Origin: Trichosphaerium sp. ATCC 40318
Lineage: Eukaryota > Protista > Tubulinea
Direction: 5' to 3'
Length of the DNA: 64,000 nt
NCBI GenBank assembly: GCA_038496445.1
Contig: JALMLS010000590.1
Location: 62,001 to 126,000 of the forward strand
The position numbers were made by a program, and so were the translations under genes. Each line of letters starts with the position of its first letter. Position 1 is the stretch's first letter. The notes under the pieces are model-generated. The model made no database searches. It saw nothing but the letters and a program-made list of their open reading frames with translations, and had not been told where the DNA came from. Shown piece after piece: positions 53,301-64,000 of this stretch.

Positions 53301-56300
53301 TTAAGGCAACCGGCTTAGTTTGACTTAAACACTCAATTTCTTGTTCTTTTTAGGACAACACTTCTAAACGCGTTGTTTTTTTGTAGGAGAGATTGCTGCG
53401 CTTGCACGTGATAAAAATTTACAACAAAGAATAATCCCTGAATCCGTTCTTTCTCGAACCAAAGTTTACAATCTGTACCTTTTCTCAAGTTGCAAGAGCT
53501 GTAGCGATTGTATACGCAATTTTATGAAGAACCCAGATGTTGAACTGGCAATTATCCTTGCTGATACTAATGTAGTCTCTCACGTGCGTTTTTGTAGTAA
53601 TTTTTTATCATTTTTTGTCCAGATAGCACTGATAACTTTACAGGAACGTATCACGCATTTGAGACAGATTATTGATGAAGAGACGAAGCGAAAGAATAAG
53701 ATTGGTCGAAAGACAATTGTTATGCTCATTCACTTCCCGCCAGAGATGCTTTTCGTGCCATCTAATAATGATGTTTTGTTCTTAAATGGTTGGGTACGTT
53801 GAAAGGCGAACACCATAGTTTCAGTTGCAAGTTTATTTACGTCTTAACTTAGAACTACTATTATTTGGACTCTTCCGCACTTGATAGAACAACCTCAAAG
53901 GAGATTATTGATGTGCGCCAATGGATGATACTGTCTTGCTCCGATGAAGAAAACAGAACGCTTGAAGATGTTACTGTATGTCAACTTCACTAGTGAAAGA
54001 CTCAGTTTATTTACTTGATGTTAGGACCTTGCTCCAGCTCTAGGATCCAAACAATTCCAATTTGCCCTTGATATGTTCGAATCAGCTCTAGGCAATGCAA
54101 AGCACAAGATTGATGTTAACGTGAAAGGCTACTTTGACAAGACACTAAAAAGTACTTTTTCTTTATGATGTTTTTGCTGATTTCTGTTTCTTCAAAGCTT
54201 GGTTGATGAAGCGATTCCAGCATTTATGGGATCTCCAAAGTTTAAAGAAACTGTTCCATTACGTGTGCATGAACATACAATCCCGCAGGAGTGTCACAAA
54301 CCTTTCATCAGCGTTGCAACGGTTCTACTACTCCACTTTCACTACATATATCGCCGAGATTTTAAGCAGTGTAAGATTCACTTCAAACATCTCTATGTGG
54401 TTCTCTAATACTATAATAGTTGTACCCATACCTAAACGCTCTGAGAGAACTACGAACAAACTGTGCAGATGAAGCTGAAGAGGCGGAAATGAACAAATTC
54501 TTTGAATCTTTGATTTATATGGTTCCAATCTCATCGATACACCAACTTGAACTTAAACGATCAAATGTTGTTAAAATTAGTACACAAAAGACAGCGTTCC
54601 CATTATTCAAGTTTGTGAGTGCGAGGATTAAAGAGAAGCTTAAGATCTGTATACAAAACACAAAGAGTCATTACGTCACTGCACAGACAGCAGACATTGT
54701 ACGTTACGTTTTGCGCCCTCCTTTAGACTCCAATAGTATAACTCACTCTCAAGCAGGTTTGTAAAGAAGTGGAGACTCTTATTGCAGAGGATAGTGATCA
54801 GGTAAACACTTGCTTAGACTACAACATTAATAACGATTAGACGCTTCGCACTGTTATCTCTATAATAGAAGAACATCCACAGCGTCTCATTGGACCTTAT
54901 ATGAAAGATTTAATTCACTATGAAATAGCGTTCCAACAGCCTCGTCCTGTACAAGAGAATGTCATCAAACGGTACGCGCTATCGAGCTCACATCACAGTA
55001 ACTTACATCAATTAAAGGTGGTTTTCTCTTAATACAAGCAGCGAGAGTGTCCCAGCTCTTCACGTGGCTTTACACTTTAAAGTACGGGATTTAGTGAGTT
55101 ATGTAAAGTGTATGGAGCCTGTGGTGGAGTTCTATGAGTTAACAGAAAAGGATAACGCACCACCATTGTTTCAAGCACTCAGCGAGATTGCCAGAAAAGA
55201 TGACTTTAAAGGGTTCTTCTACCAAGAACTTATTGATCAAATGTGGGCACCTCTTTCCAAAGCATTTAGGAAATGGCGTGTAACATCAGGTATGGTTTAA
55301 CCTCAAAACATCATACTAAGCCTTTTCTAAAGCACGAGATTCTATGAGCGACAGCGAGACAAACTACAATGTCACTAACTGGCTCCGTATGTTCATTGCA
55401 GTTCATAACAGGCTACCAGCAGATATTGATAAACTTGTATCGAAGTGCCATGTACATACTTATGACTATATGATACTGTACTACCTCTGTATCATTGACT
55501 TGAACGTCAACATGTACACTGTACGTTTTTGCTTTGCGATTGCTCTGTTCTTCCTTTATTAAAATACTTACTCTGTGCAAGGCGTATTCGGTGATTTCTG
55601 CTGCCTGGACAGATCCTGATGCCTACCGTATTGTTTGGGAAAAGGATGGAGATAAGATGGAGAGCCCACCTGGTATTATATTCACGCTTGTTGGAATGCT
55701 AAGTGAGACACTCAAAACAAAACTATTGGATCAAAGTAAAAGACGTTTCATTGAAAATGTGTCATTGAATTACTTTGCAGCAAAGTTATTCTGGCCAAAG
55801 GTATGGTATAATCTAGTATTAGTAATGTAACGTGCTTTTTAGTCTGTGCAAGGTGTTGACGACCCACCAAACCCAGAAGCACAAAAAGAGGTTTGTAAAG
55901 GTTGCTTGCATCGTACAACAACTGACGTCTAGCCTTAGGTTGTTCTACTTTCTTTGAGGCTCCTTAACAATACACATCATGTTATAAAGCTTACTAATGA
56001 CGTATTTCCTTATGTTATGCGTAAGCAGTGGCTGTTCAAGCTGCTTCTTGATCCAAAACTACACAACATGACACGTCAACATATTGGTGTAGAGCTCATA
56101 AAGGCCTATGTTGAGGACCCTCTAGAAGATTTTAGCTTCCATAAACTCAAACCTGCATATAGGCAGAACTTAGCCAATCTCGTGTACGATTAACGCAAAC
56201 AAAGAATAGAATAGTTCAATAACTAACCTGAATGATCCTAGATATGACTTTTATGTTGAAGAGATGAGAAAGACAAAGCTGTCCATTGCTGCTCTGCTCT

Positions 56301-59300
56301 CCAGATGGGAAAAGAATAGTAGTGATTGGTGGTCTAGAGTGAATAAGGGTGTTTCAAGAACGTATGTTGTCAAATTGGATAAATTATGAGGACGCTAATA
56401 AAAGCTTTAGGCATGGCACTATTACTGACTTTGACGTGGGTGGTGAACTTGTGTTTAGCAAAATTGGTAACACTTACCGTACTGGTTATCCTACAATCAT
56501 GCTCACATATCCTAGAACTTGACGCTCTTGCTACGACGATTGTAGAGACGCTGGCTGCTGTGATGACTGAAAAGGTAGTTATCTTTTATTCAGCTTGAAC
56601 AATTAAATACTGACTTGTATAAATAGCATGGCGAGTCCGCCTCGTTTTGGGATCAACTAAATTCCTACGTTGGCGCCCAAGGTATGGCTGCAGTTATCAA
56701 TAATATCATGATGGAAGACTACAACAGACAACTTCATTTGTTCGATATCATTGAGCGTACAAACGCACGAACACATGTTCTTGGTAGAGCAAGCAATTTG
56801 GACTTGTTTGATCCTTGGATTAAAGTGCGTACTAGAACATACTCCCTTAGGCTCTTGTGGTTAGCTCAATCTAACTACATGGTAGCCTTGGTTGACTGCA
56901 CTCCAACGAATGTTTTCAACAAATCGTGGCGGCTTTGCATTTGATGCAAACATTGCCAAGATTATTAAAGGTTTAGTTACAACTCCAGCACGTGCTATTG
57001 CGAAATGTCAAGATTGGGTTGCAAGTGGTTCTCCTTTGGCAGGTACACAGTCCACAACCTTGTTCTTTTTGTTGTCATAATTTAACTGGTTTCTTTTGTA
57101 GGCTCTTTGAAGACTGCACTGTTTGTATATTATTTCATTACTTCTCCATCAAAAGATGACGAATCTATTGATGCCACTACTATTAGCCAACTCATTAAAC
57201 TACTTGATATCAATAAGAATGAAAGGCCCCTACTAGATTACGTATATGATTCTACAAGCCTATCATTTTATAAAACAATAGGCAAAGACGCGTACGCCTA
57301 TGTTGTTATTTTTTTTTTTGGTAAAAAAAAAAAGAAAAAACTGCTCAGTACCTATTTGCTCATTTGTTTTCTTAGAACGGATAGATTAACATCTTTGTTT
57401 TTTGCGAGCAATATTTCAGACACTGACAAAGATATAAGGTACCTATCTCCATAACTGCGAAATTTGTTGTTGATTAGACTCTTTTAGGGCAAGCTTAGTA
57501 AATATGGCTTCTATTGTTGTTGGATTGCCTAGGGATTCAAATCATCTTTACGCTACATTATTCGAGCCTCATAGACTTGCTGATTGCTACCTTATTGGAA
57601 ACCAAGTCATAGAGCCGCTATCGGAAGGTTGTTTATCTTATGGTATGGCAACCGTAGTTACACAAGGCGGTAACATGCCGTATAGGTACTGGAGATATTT
57701 TCTGTTTTAGGTTTTTTTTTTTCGAACACATCCTTTTTGTGGCGCGATTGACTATCTTTTAGGACGACTGATGTCACTTCTGTTCTTCATGGTTCTACGA
57801 CAGCACTTCATTTGGTTTACTTTCTTAACTTTGGTGCTATGTGCATGGCTGTAATCCTTAACCCAGAGTACCACGAAGTACTCCTGAACTTGAATATAAT
57901 TTCTCGAGATTGTATTGCGCCTCATGAAGGCATGGATGATGCTGAAAAACTGAGGTCGTATCTGTATGCCAGGACGACTGAATCTTTTGAGTTTTTGACG
58001 CGCAAGTTGGAAGTCAGCCACTTCCAATGTGCTGGAATGATCAATACATTTTTGAAAGAACTAAGCAAGCAATTAAGTACCCTTCTACGAACAGAAACAA
58101 ACTGTGGGTTCTTACAAGACTACAATTATCTCACAGACTACTGGCAGTTTGAGAAATATGAAGACTTGTGGCACGATCTATTCAAGAGAGTAACTAAGGA
58201 CTACATGACCCAGAAGGCTACTGCAACATCAAACGTGAACAAACAAGGTACCCAAAAAAAACTAAGCTTAATTCGTATTTTTTCTTTTTTTGAGCGTTTA
58301 TCACGTGTTTTTTCGCACAACATGCTCTTATAATGGGTGGCCTTTATTTAACTAAAAAATTATTAGATGCAGTTGTACTACAAGATCTTGAGAATTACAG
58401 GAAACTTACTCATTCTCGAAACAACTTGACATCAATTGAATTCGCATTGATGGAACAACAACGTTCAAGTCCGTCAACATTACTTTGCAAGAGATTTATA
58501 TCGCAGATACACCTTCTACAACACTTGCATCTATTACCACACTTTGTTAAATTCTACATGTGGGTAAACGAGACATTTGCATACCTAATAACCAAGGAAG
58601 AAGCAAAGAGGATTACAATAAAACAAGCAATGAAAAAAGTGAAAAAGAGTGGTCCTAGGCGTGATAAACTAGCGTACATGGTCAATAAGCAATTCGGTTT
58701 TATAAAGTACGATAACCACTAATAACCTTAGTTGCTGTTCATCAATATCTTACTGAGCTGTTAGGAAACATTGGGATGCATGTGCCAATGACTTTATATT
58801 TTTTGCTTATACAACAAACTCAAACCGAATTCCTCTACTTACAGAAGATACACCATTCCATCATGTCCTTTCATATGCTGAAGACAAACACGATCTAATA
58901 TACCAGATGATACAGACTCTAGTGACATTACAAAACTCAACAGTCGCTCTAATTCAGGACGTCATTAAGGTTAGTCTTTTCTGTCTTTTTTTTTAATCTA
59001 CATCATATTCACGCTCATCGTGCTCCATAGGATCGTGAACGAGATGAGACGTTCAACACAATGCTGGTTGGACACGCAAAGAAACCTACAGCGATCAATG
59101 TTGAGCTCATTGCAGACCGTTATAATGACATGACGTACAAGAGAAACAACCTCAACTTATTTATTCAAAAACTAAAAACTGACTATGTCAACCATGACAC
59201 TGTCATAAACTACGGCTTTGAAATTGAGGTAATCCAATACCTGTCACCATTGCAACCTCTTCAAATATACGCCTTCAGGCACGAGTTCCAGTTCCGTATT

Positions 59301-61271
59301 CCAGCAAACACAATAGAAACCTCAAATCAAGAAGCAACTGGTCTTCTTGCACAATTACCTCCACAATTTTGCTCTCAATTACCTGAAGACGTTAGAAGGA
59401 AGCTTTACAGTCTTACTGAAGAGGATATTGAGAATATATTGAACGGTCTTTGTTTGATCATGGGAAGCATGCTGAGCTCTACTACAGTATCTAGATACCT
59501 CCTAAGACAACGAAGATTCCAAACACGAACAGTACGCCAAATTAAACTTTGAAGACAAAACAACCGATTGCTAAATACCTGTTAGGTCTTTGAGTTTGTT
59601 AGAAAGAGGCAATTGCTTAATAACCTTAATCCTTACTTCCCACCAAATTCTTGGTTCAAGACAGTAGTAATGGAACTACCTCTACATCAAATAGGATCGC
59701 TCACACAGCATATCCTCGATAAGCTTACACAACAAAACCAATTTTATCTTCAACTCCCAGAGAACTTCTTACAAGAACACATGACAAAAGAACGTGTTAA
59801 AGAGATTCAAAGCAACATTGAGAGTCTCAAGATGCGCGAAGATACAAGAGAAGGTGTAGAGCCTGTTCTAGATGTACTGAATGCTCTAATCTTCCATTTG
59901 TGGCAATACAAGGAAAGTATAAGCCCTGGTTCTGAAGATGAAAGCATTAGAGGTGCTATTGCTAGGCTCCTAGAGAAGCGAGAAGATGTCTTCCAAGTAT
60001 CTGCGCCAATGACTGGAAGAGGAATGCAACTAAATGTACACAGCTCTACAACATCTGCTCATGCGCAGATGATATGGTCTGATAGTTTCCTTGCAATCCT
60101 TCCTTTTGAAGTGAAAGGAAAACACTACGCTCATCTAATGAAAGAGATTCAAAATGTCGTTGGTCAGCTACAAGAACAATGGTTTTACTCTGAGGTAGAA
60201 GGTATAGATGAAGCAGATTTAGAGATTATAGAGAGAAGACTAGCAAGTGGTGCATTGTATCATGATGATGTCACTGATTTCGAAAATGATATTGCTCAAG
60301 AAAACGATGAAGGAAAGAGAGAAACAATACCAAATCTTTTCAATTGGACAGACCTTCTTGGTGACGAAATGAGATATGAACATGATACAGTATTGGGTAC
60401 GTGTATACAAACAAACACGTGGAAACGTTTTATTTTTGGAAAGAAAAAACGTGTTTTTGATTGAACTTTTGTATTAATTTTTTTTTTTATAGCTGAGTTC
60501 AGTCAAGGTTCTCTTCCTGCTAGTCAGTTTTCTACTACGCCAAAAGATACACCACCAAAAACGCCTTTGAATAAAGAAAGGTCTCTAGATATTATTGAGA
60601 GGCCTGCATTACCACCAAAGATGATAAGGTCAAACTCTGAGCCATCGCAAATGAACACAAAAGTCGCTCCGCTGGTAAGACTTGTTTTCTATTTACCGAT
60701 TCTCTTCTGACTCTTCTGTAGACCGAACGTCCCCCAACACAACCACCATCTCCTAGAATGAGTCAACGCACTCACCCATTACCACTTAATATACCAGCAC
60801 CCGAACCTGAACAATTTGTTCAAGGACCTCCGGCTAAAAAAGTTACTAAACGAAGGTAAAGTTTGAGCTTTCTTTTTTTCCTTAATTTCTTATTGCTTTT
60901 ATAGACCATCTGAACCACCTGTTCCTATCCAAATGGCTGTTGTTCCTCAAACGCTAAAGGAAGAGATAGACTGGATTTGGAAGAAAGTTAAAAGACCTAA
61001 GCAAAACTGGTGTGCTGCACTTCTAGAGGCAAGTTGTTTTTTGAATTTAGTCAAAACCTTTTATGGTGTTTGTTGTTTTTATTGTGCTAACTAATCTACG
61101 AAATAGGGATTCGAAGAAGGTGGTATTGACTCACTAAAGGAACTTAATGGATGGGCAAGAGGCGAGATTATAGCTATTTTAAAAGATGAATTCTCAGTGA
61201 CTAATCCTCTTGATCGCAACAAAATTTGTAACGCCATTATTTTATACAACGATACTATCAATGCACAATAA
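41374..61271 (+). CDS. RNF213: RNF213/mysterin-like giant AAA+ ATPase with Pro-rich linker and C-terminal SAM-like module; dozens of introns
   Basis: Ordered RNF213 hallmarks: GEPGDGKS; VHFNIS..LFDLLICGIVSD..FVVEVP; YIMTLDFAVKM..PTILQGETGVGKT; VFLDEVNT; VAAINP; VSQRDIQRV; ALKENIFAM..GMPGSSKTLS; FQCS..ST; LLDEAGLPE..LKILH; LDAAKTNRA; LRDFY; IERNFNG; SDFPED; FYDLFN; AFLNRFEK. Confidence 0.92.
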
Positions 61272-61475
61272 CCAACGCTATTGCCGGTTTTTGAAAATGA
61301 GTAAAAGAACTCAAGCCCCACCTATAGTGCCATGTACACGTGACACTTTTTTTTGTGAATAAATTGTAATGTACTCAAAAAAGTTGTGTCTCATTTTTTT
61401 GTTGAAAATTTATCTAAAATTTTGAATAGGTGATACCTTTATGTATGATATATGATGTAATGTGCCTGTAGCGAC

Positions 61476-61725
61476 TACAACAAAGTTAAATGATACGTGG
61501 ATAAATACGATCCAGAAATCGCTTGTGATAATGTTGGCGTAGTTGTTAGGTTTACAGTTGACGGGACGACAGCTGTCGGTGTCATTGTCATAGATGGTGC
61601 TGTGGTAGGAGCAGATGATGGAGCTTCAGTCGTTGGACTATTAGTTGTAGGAATGTCGTTTGTAGGAGCACCAGTTGTTGGAGCTTTGGTTGTCGGAGAG
61701 TCATTTGTAGGAGCTTGGTTGGAGT
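61476..61725 (-). pseudogene. Orphan Pro/Thr-repeat (mucin-like stalk) fragment
   Basis: Minus strand reads QAPTNDSPTTKAPTTGAPTNDIPTTNSPTTEAPSSAPTTAPSMTMTPT..; an in-frame TGA lies just upstream and no ATG or acceptor is evident. Confidence 0.45.
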
Positions 61726-61953
61726 TTCAGGTATTCCGTAATTAGCGAAATACAGTATTGTCCGTCAAAAAAAATTCGAAAATTGGAACATTATTTCGCA
61801 CAAGGTTTTGTGACTTATACACAAAGCTGTCCATCTAGGTTGTACTTAAACAAAACCGTTAGTCAATTTTTTCTGAAACAGATGTAAAGGCTGAGAACGC
61901 GTAAAACTTCTTTTGACTTTTGCCAAAAGCACGTGCAATTACAAAGATAAAAC

Positions 61954-63099
61954 ATGGCAACAACAAAGCATGTCTCAAGACAAGTGAAGCCCGTACAGCC
62001 CCGCGAAGAGGAAACGGAAAAGGAAGAGATAACGACAAAAACAATCGAAAAGAAGCCACAAGCAAAGAGAAACCCACCAAAGGATGTAAATACATGTCCA
62101 AAATTGAACTATGTCGCTCAATTGCTTTTCGATAAAGATTTCGCCCGCCACTTTATGTGCAGATACCTTACGCTACCGTCTATCACGTTAATGGGTCAAT
62201 GCTCTAAACAATGGAGTTTCATCAAAAAATCAATACCAGAGGTAGAAATGCTCGTCTTATGTAACGCCTACGCACTAGAATTGCTTGAGGCACCGAAAGA
62301 GTGCGTTTACTGTACAATACAGTTAAATAAGACTTTTTTTTACTCTAGAATCGTTGAAGCTGTTGTGGAATCGACAAGAAACGGGACAGGAAGAGTCGTA
62401 CAAAATTACTGTGACAAAAACCCTAAGAATCTTCTAAAGCACATATTGACAGACACGTGTTTTGCAGAGAGTACAATTAACACGTACACGAGCGTGGAAT
62501 CTATATTGGCAAAGCTTTATTGCCAGAAATGTGAAAAGAAGGCTAAGCCAGCAGTTGATAAAGGCAGTTACGACCCAAAGAGCTTAGATTGGCTGAAATT
62601 CGATTACAGGCGGCTAGATCCAGTACTTGGGCATAGTATGAGTACTCGCTATGATCCGTATGATTCCCCTCCGACTGATGAGTACACTGGTAAATAAATG
62701 CCTACTTAAAGAAAAACGAAAAAAAATTTCTGACAAAGTGTAGGTCCAGAGAAAGCCAGATTTAGTGTCATTGATAATGGAGAAGAATTGTTAGTTTGTG
62801 GGGAATGCATACTGGATAATTATTTTACTGAAAAATGGAAAGAAATTGAATGGTTGCACAAGTCTAGACTATGGGTACTTAAAAACTTGATTAAGTGCGA
62901 TAGATGGATTAGAGATATGGATATTTGTTTTGTACTTATCATGGATGATAACTCAACAATTAGAACAGTACCAAGCTTTAAAAACAAACACCTTAGATTA
63001 CAACAAGGAGAACATTGTATACAGATGCTCTGCTGGGAGGAAGATACTTCGTGGGATGATGATAGTACTGTTCGATGTTCTTGGATTGGAAAGTGGTAG
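61954..63099 (+). CDS. Hypothetical protein with an F-box-like segment and several CxxC pairs; 2 exons
   Basis: ORFs 61954-62697 and 62788-63099 joined by a gtaaat..gtag intron; HFMCRYLTLPSITLMGQCSKQW; CVYC, CQKC, CGEC. Confidence 0.6.
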
Positions 63100-64000
63100 T
63101 TCAATCTTCTAGTGAGAAGTTCGTGTTTTCTCAAGAATTTGGCGTAGCTGTACACGTGTTTTTTTCTTGTTACAGTATGTTTTGGGCAATGTTGAAAGCA
63201 TACAAAATTGTCGTGTAACTTAAGCTACGTCGGGCTATGATTTGCTATCTAAAATAAAAAATAATGTGTGAAGAAGCAATCAACCAATAATAATGGCTTT
63301 TATCAGGCACTGAAGGTTAACCTGTGCTACCAGCCAACACAAACACGTCGGTTTATTTATTACTTTTGTTACAGAACAGTAAAACCAGGGTTTGACTTGC
63401 AAGTGATCAAAAAATACTGCTCACTGGAAGCTATCAATGTTATTTCTCAAGTGTACGTTTTGAGTTGTATAATTAGCTATATTTTTGATAAGTACTATGT
63501 CTATTTAATGTTAGCGAAAAAATCTTGTGTTGACATGGCTTGTGAGCACAGGTATCCTATTTGTATCCAATCTAGCCCATAGATTTGCCCTTATGGAGTA
63601 CAGTGTGATGTAAGAGAAAGTCACGTGATTGCTACTAATCGTAGGTACCTTTTGAAAAGCAGAGTAACGTTAAATTAAATTAGCACTGTTCAACAATTAG
63701 ATATGGGCGTTTAGCGTATAGCTGGTATACATAAAATCTGACTTCCTAAGCGTATGTTCGCCTATTACCAGAGGTTTCTAGAGTAGTGTATAATCAAACG
63801 CTCCAAGGGGTCCCCTTTTGCTTAAAAACACCAAAGCGAATATGTGCGCCTAATTAACGTCTCCTGATACCAAACAATACGAGGAGAGCGTAAAAACACC
63901 TAAAAACCTCAACAAGTAGCGCAAAAAAGTATTTCAATTAGAAGCGAATCCTTTGTGCTTAGTTTAGACCGTTTTGCGCGTTTTATAACTGGAATTCACC

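Noticed and set aside
41374-61271. Interpreting the many short + strand ORFs as separate genes, a pseudogene or stop-codon recoding
   Set aside because: ORF ends coincide with GT/GC..AG introns, and splicing restores conserved RNF213 motifs under the standard code.
61497-61745. Val/Gly-rich + strand ORF (VVGAPVVGALVVG)
   Set aside because: It is the antisense shadow of the Pro/Thr repeat on the minus strand.
63268-64000. Possible gene at the window end
   Set aside because: GTG-start ORF without motifs; exon structure could not be supported.

Overview
Gene-dense, AT-rich eukaryotic (protist) DNA with many short spliceosomal introns, mostly ~35-60 nt, with GTACG/GTATG/GTAAG donors, CTAAC-like branch points and YAG acceptors. 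Gene content suggests an amoebozoan-like organism (inference). About 25 intron-containing genes can be reconstructed. Housekeeping genes: RPT1/PSMC2, AP-4 sigma, CCDC22, an aquaporin, a PP2C-like protein, an ALKBH-type dioxygenase, RING-H2 and F-box proteins. Regulators: two membrane-tethered bZIP factors, a Zn2Cys6-PAS factor, a BAH+chromo protein and a Myb-PHD-PHD-EVE protein. Also present are bacterial-type rmlC and DUF1868-like 2H genes and a ~20 kb RNF213/mysterin-like giant AAA+ gene. The most striking element is at 33091-36284: an apparent polyprotein made of signal peptide, Reeler domain, Cys-rich module, a hydrophobic hairpin containing a second internal signal peptide, an LPMO-like histidine-brace domain and further Cys-rich modules. 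The LPMO-like domain's catalytic His1 could only be freed by internal signal-peptidase cleavage. No rRNA, tRNA, CRISPR or intact mobile element was recognised. All exon structures were inferred by eye.
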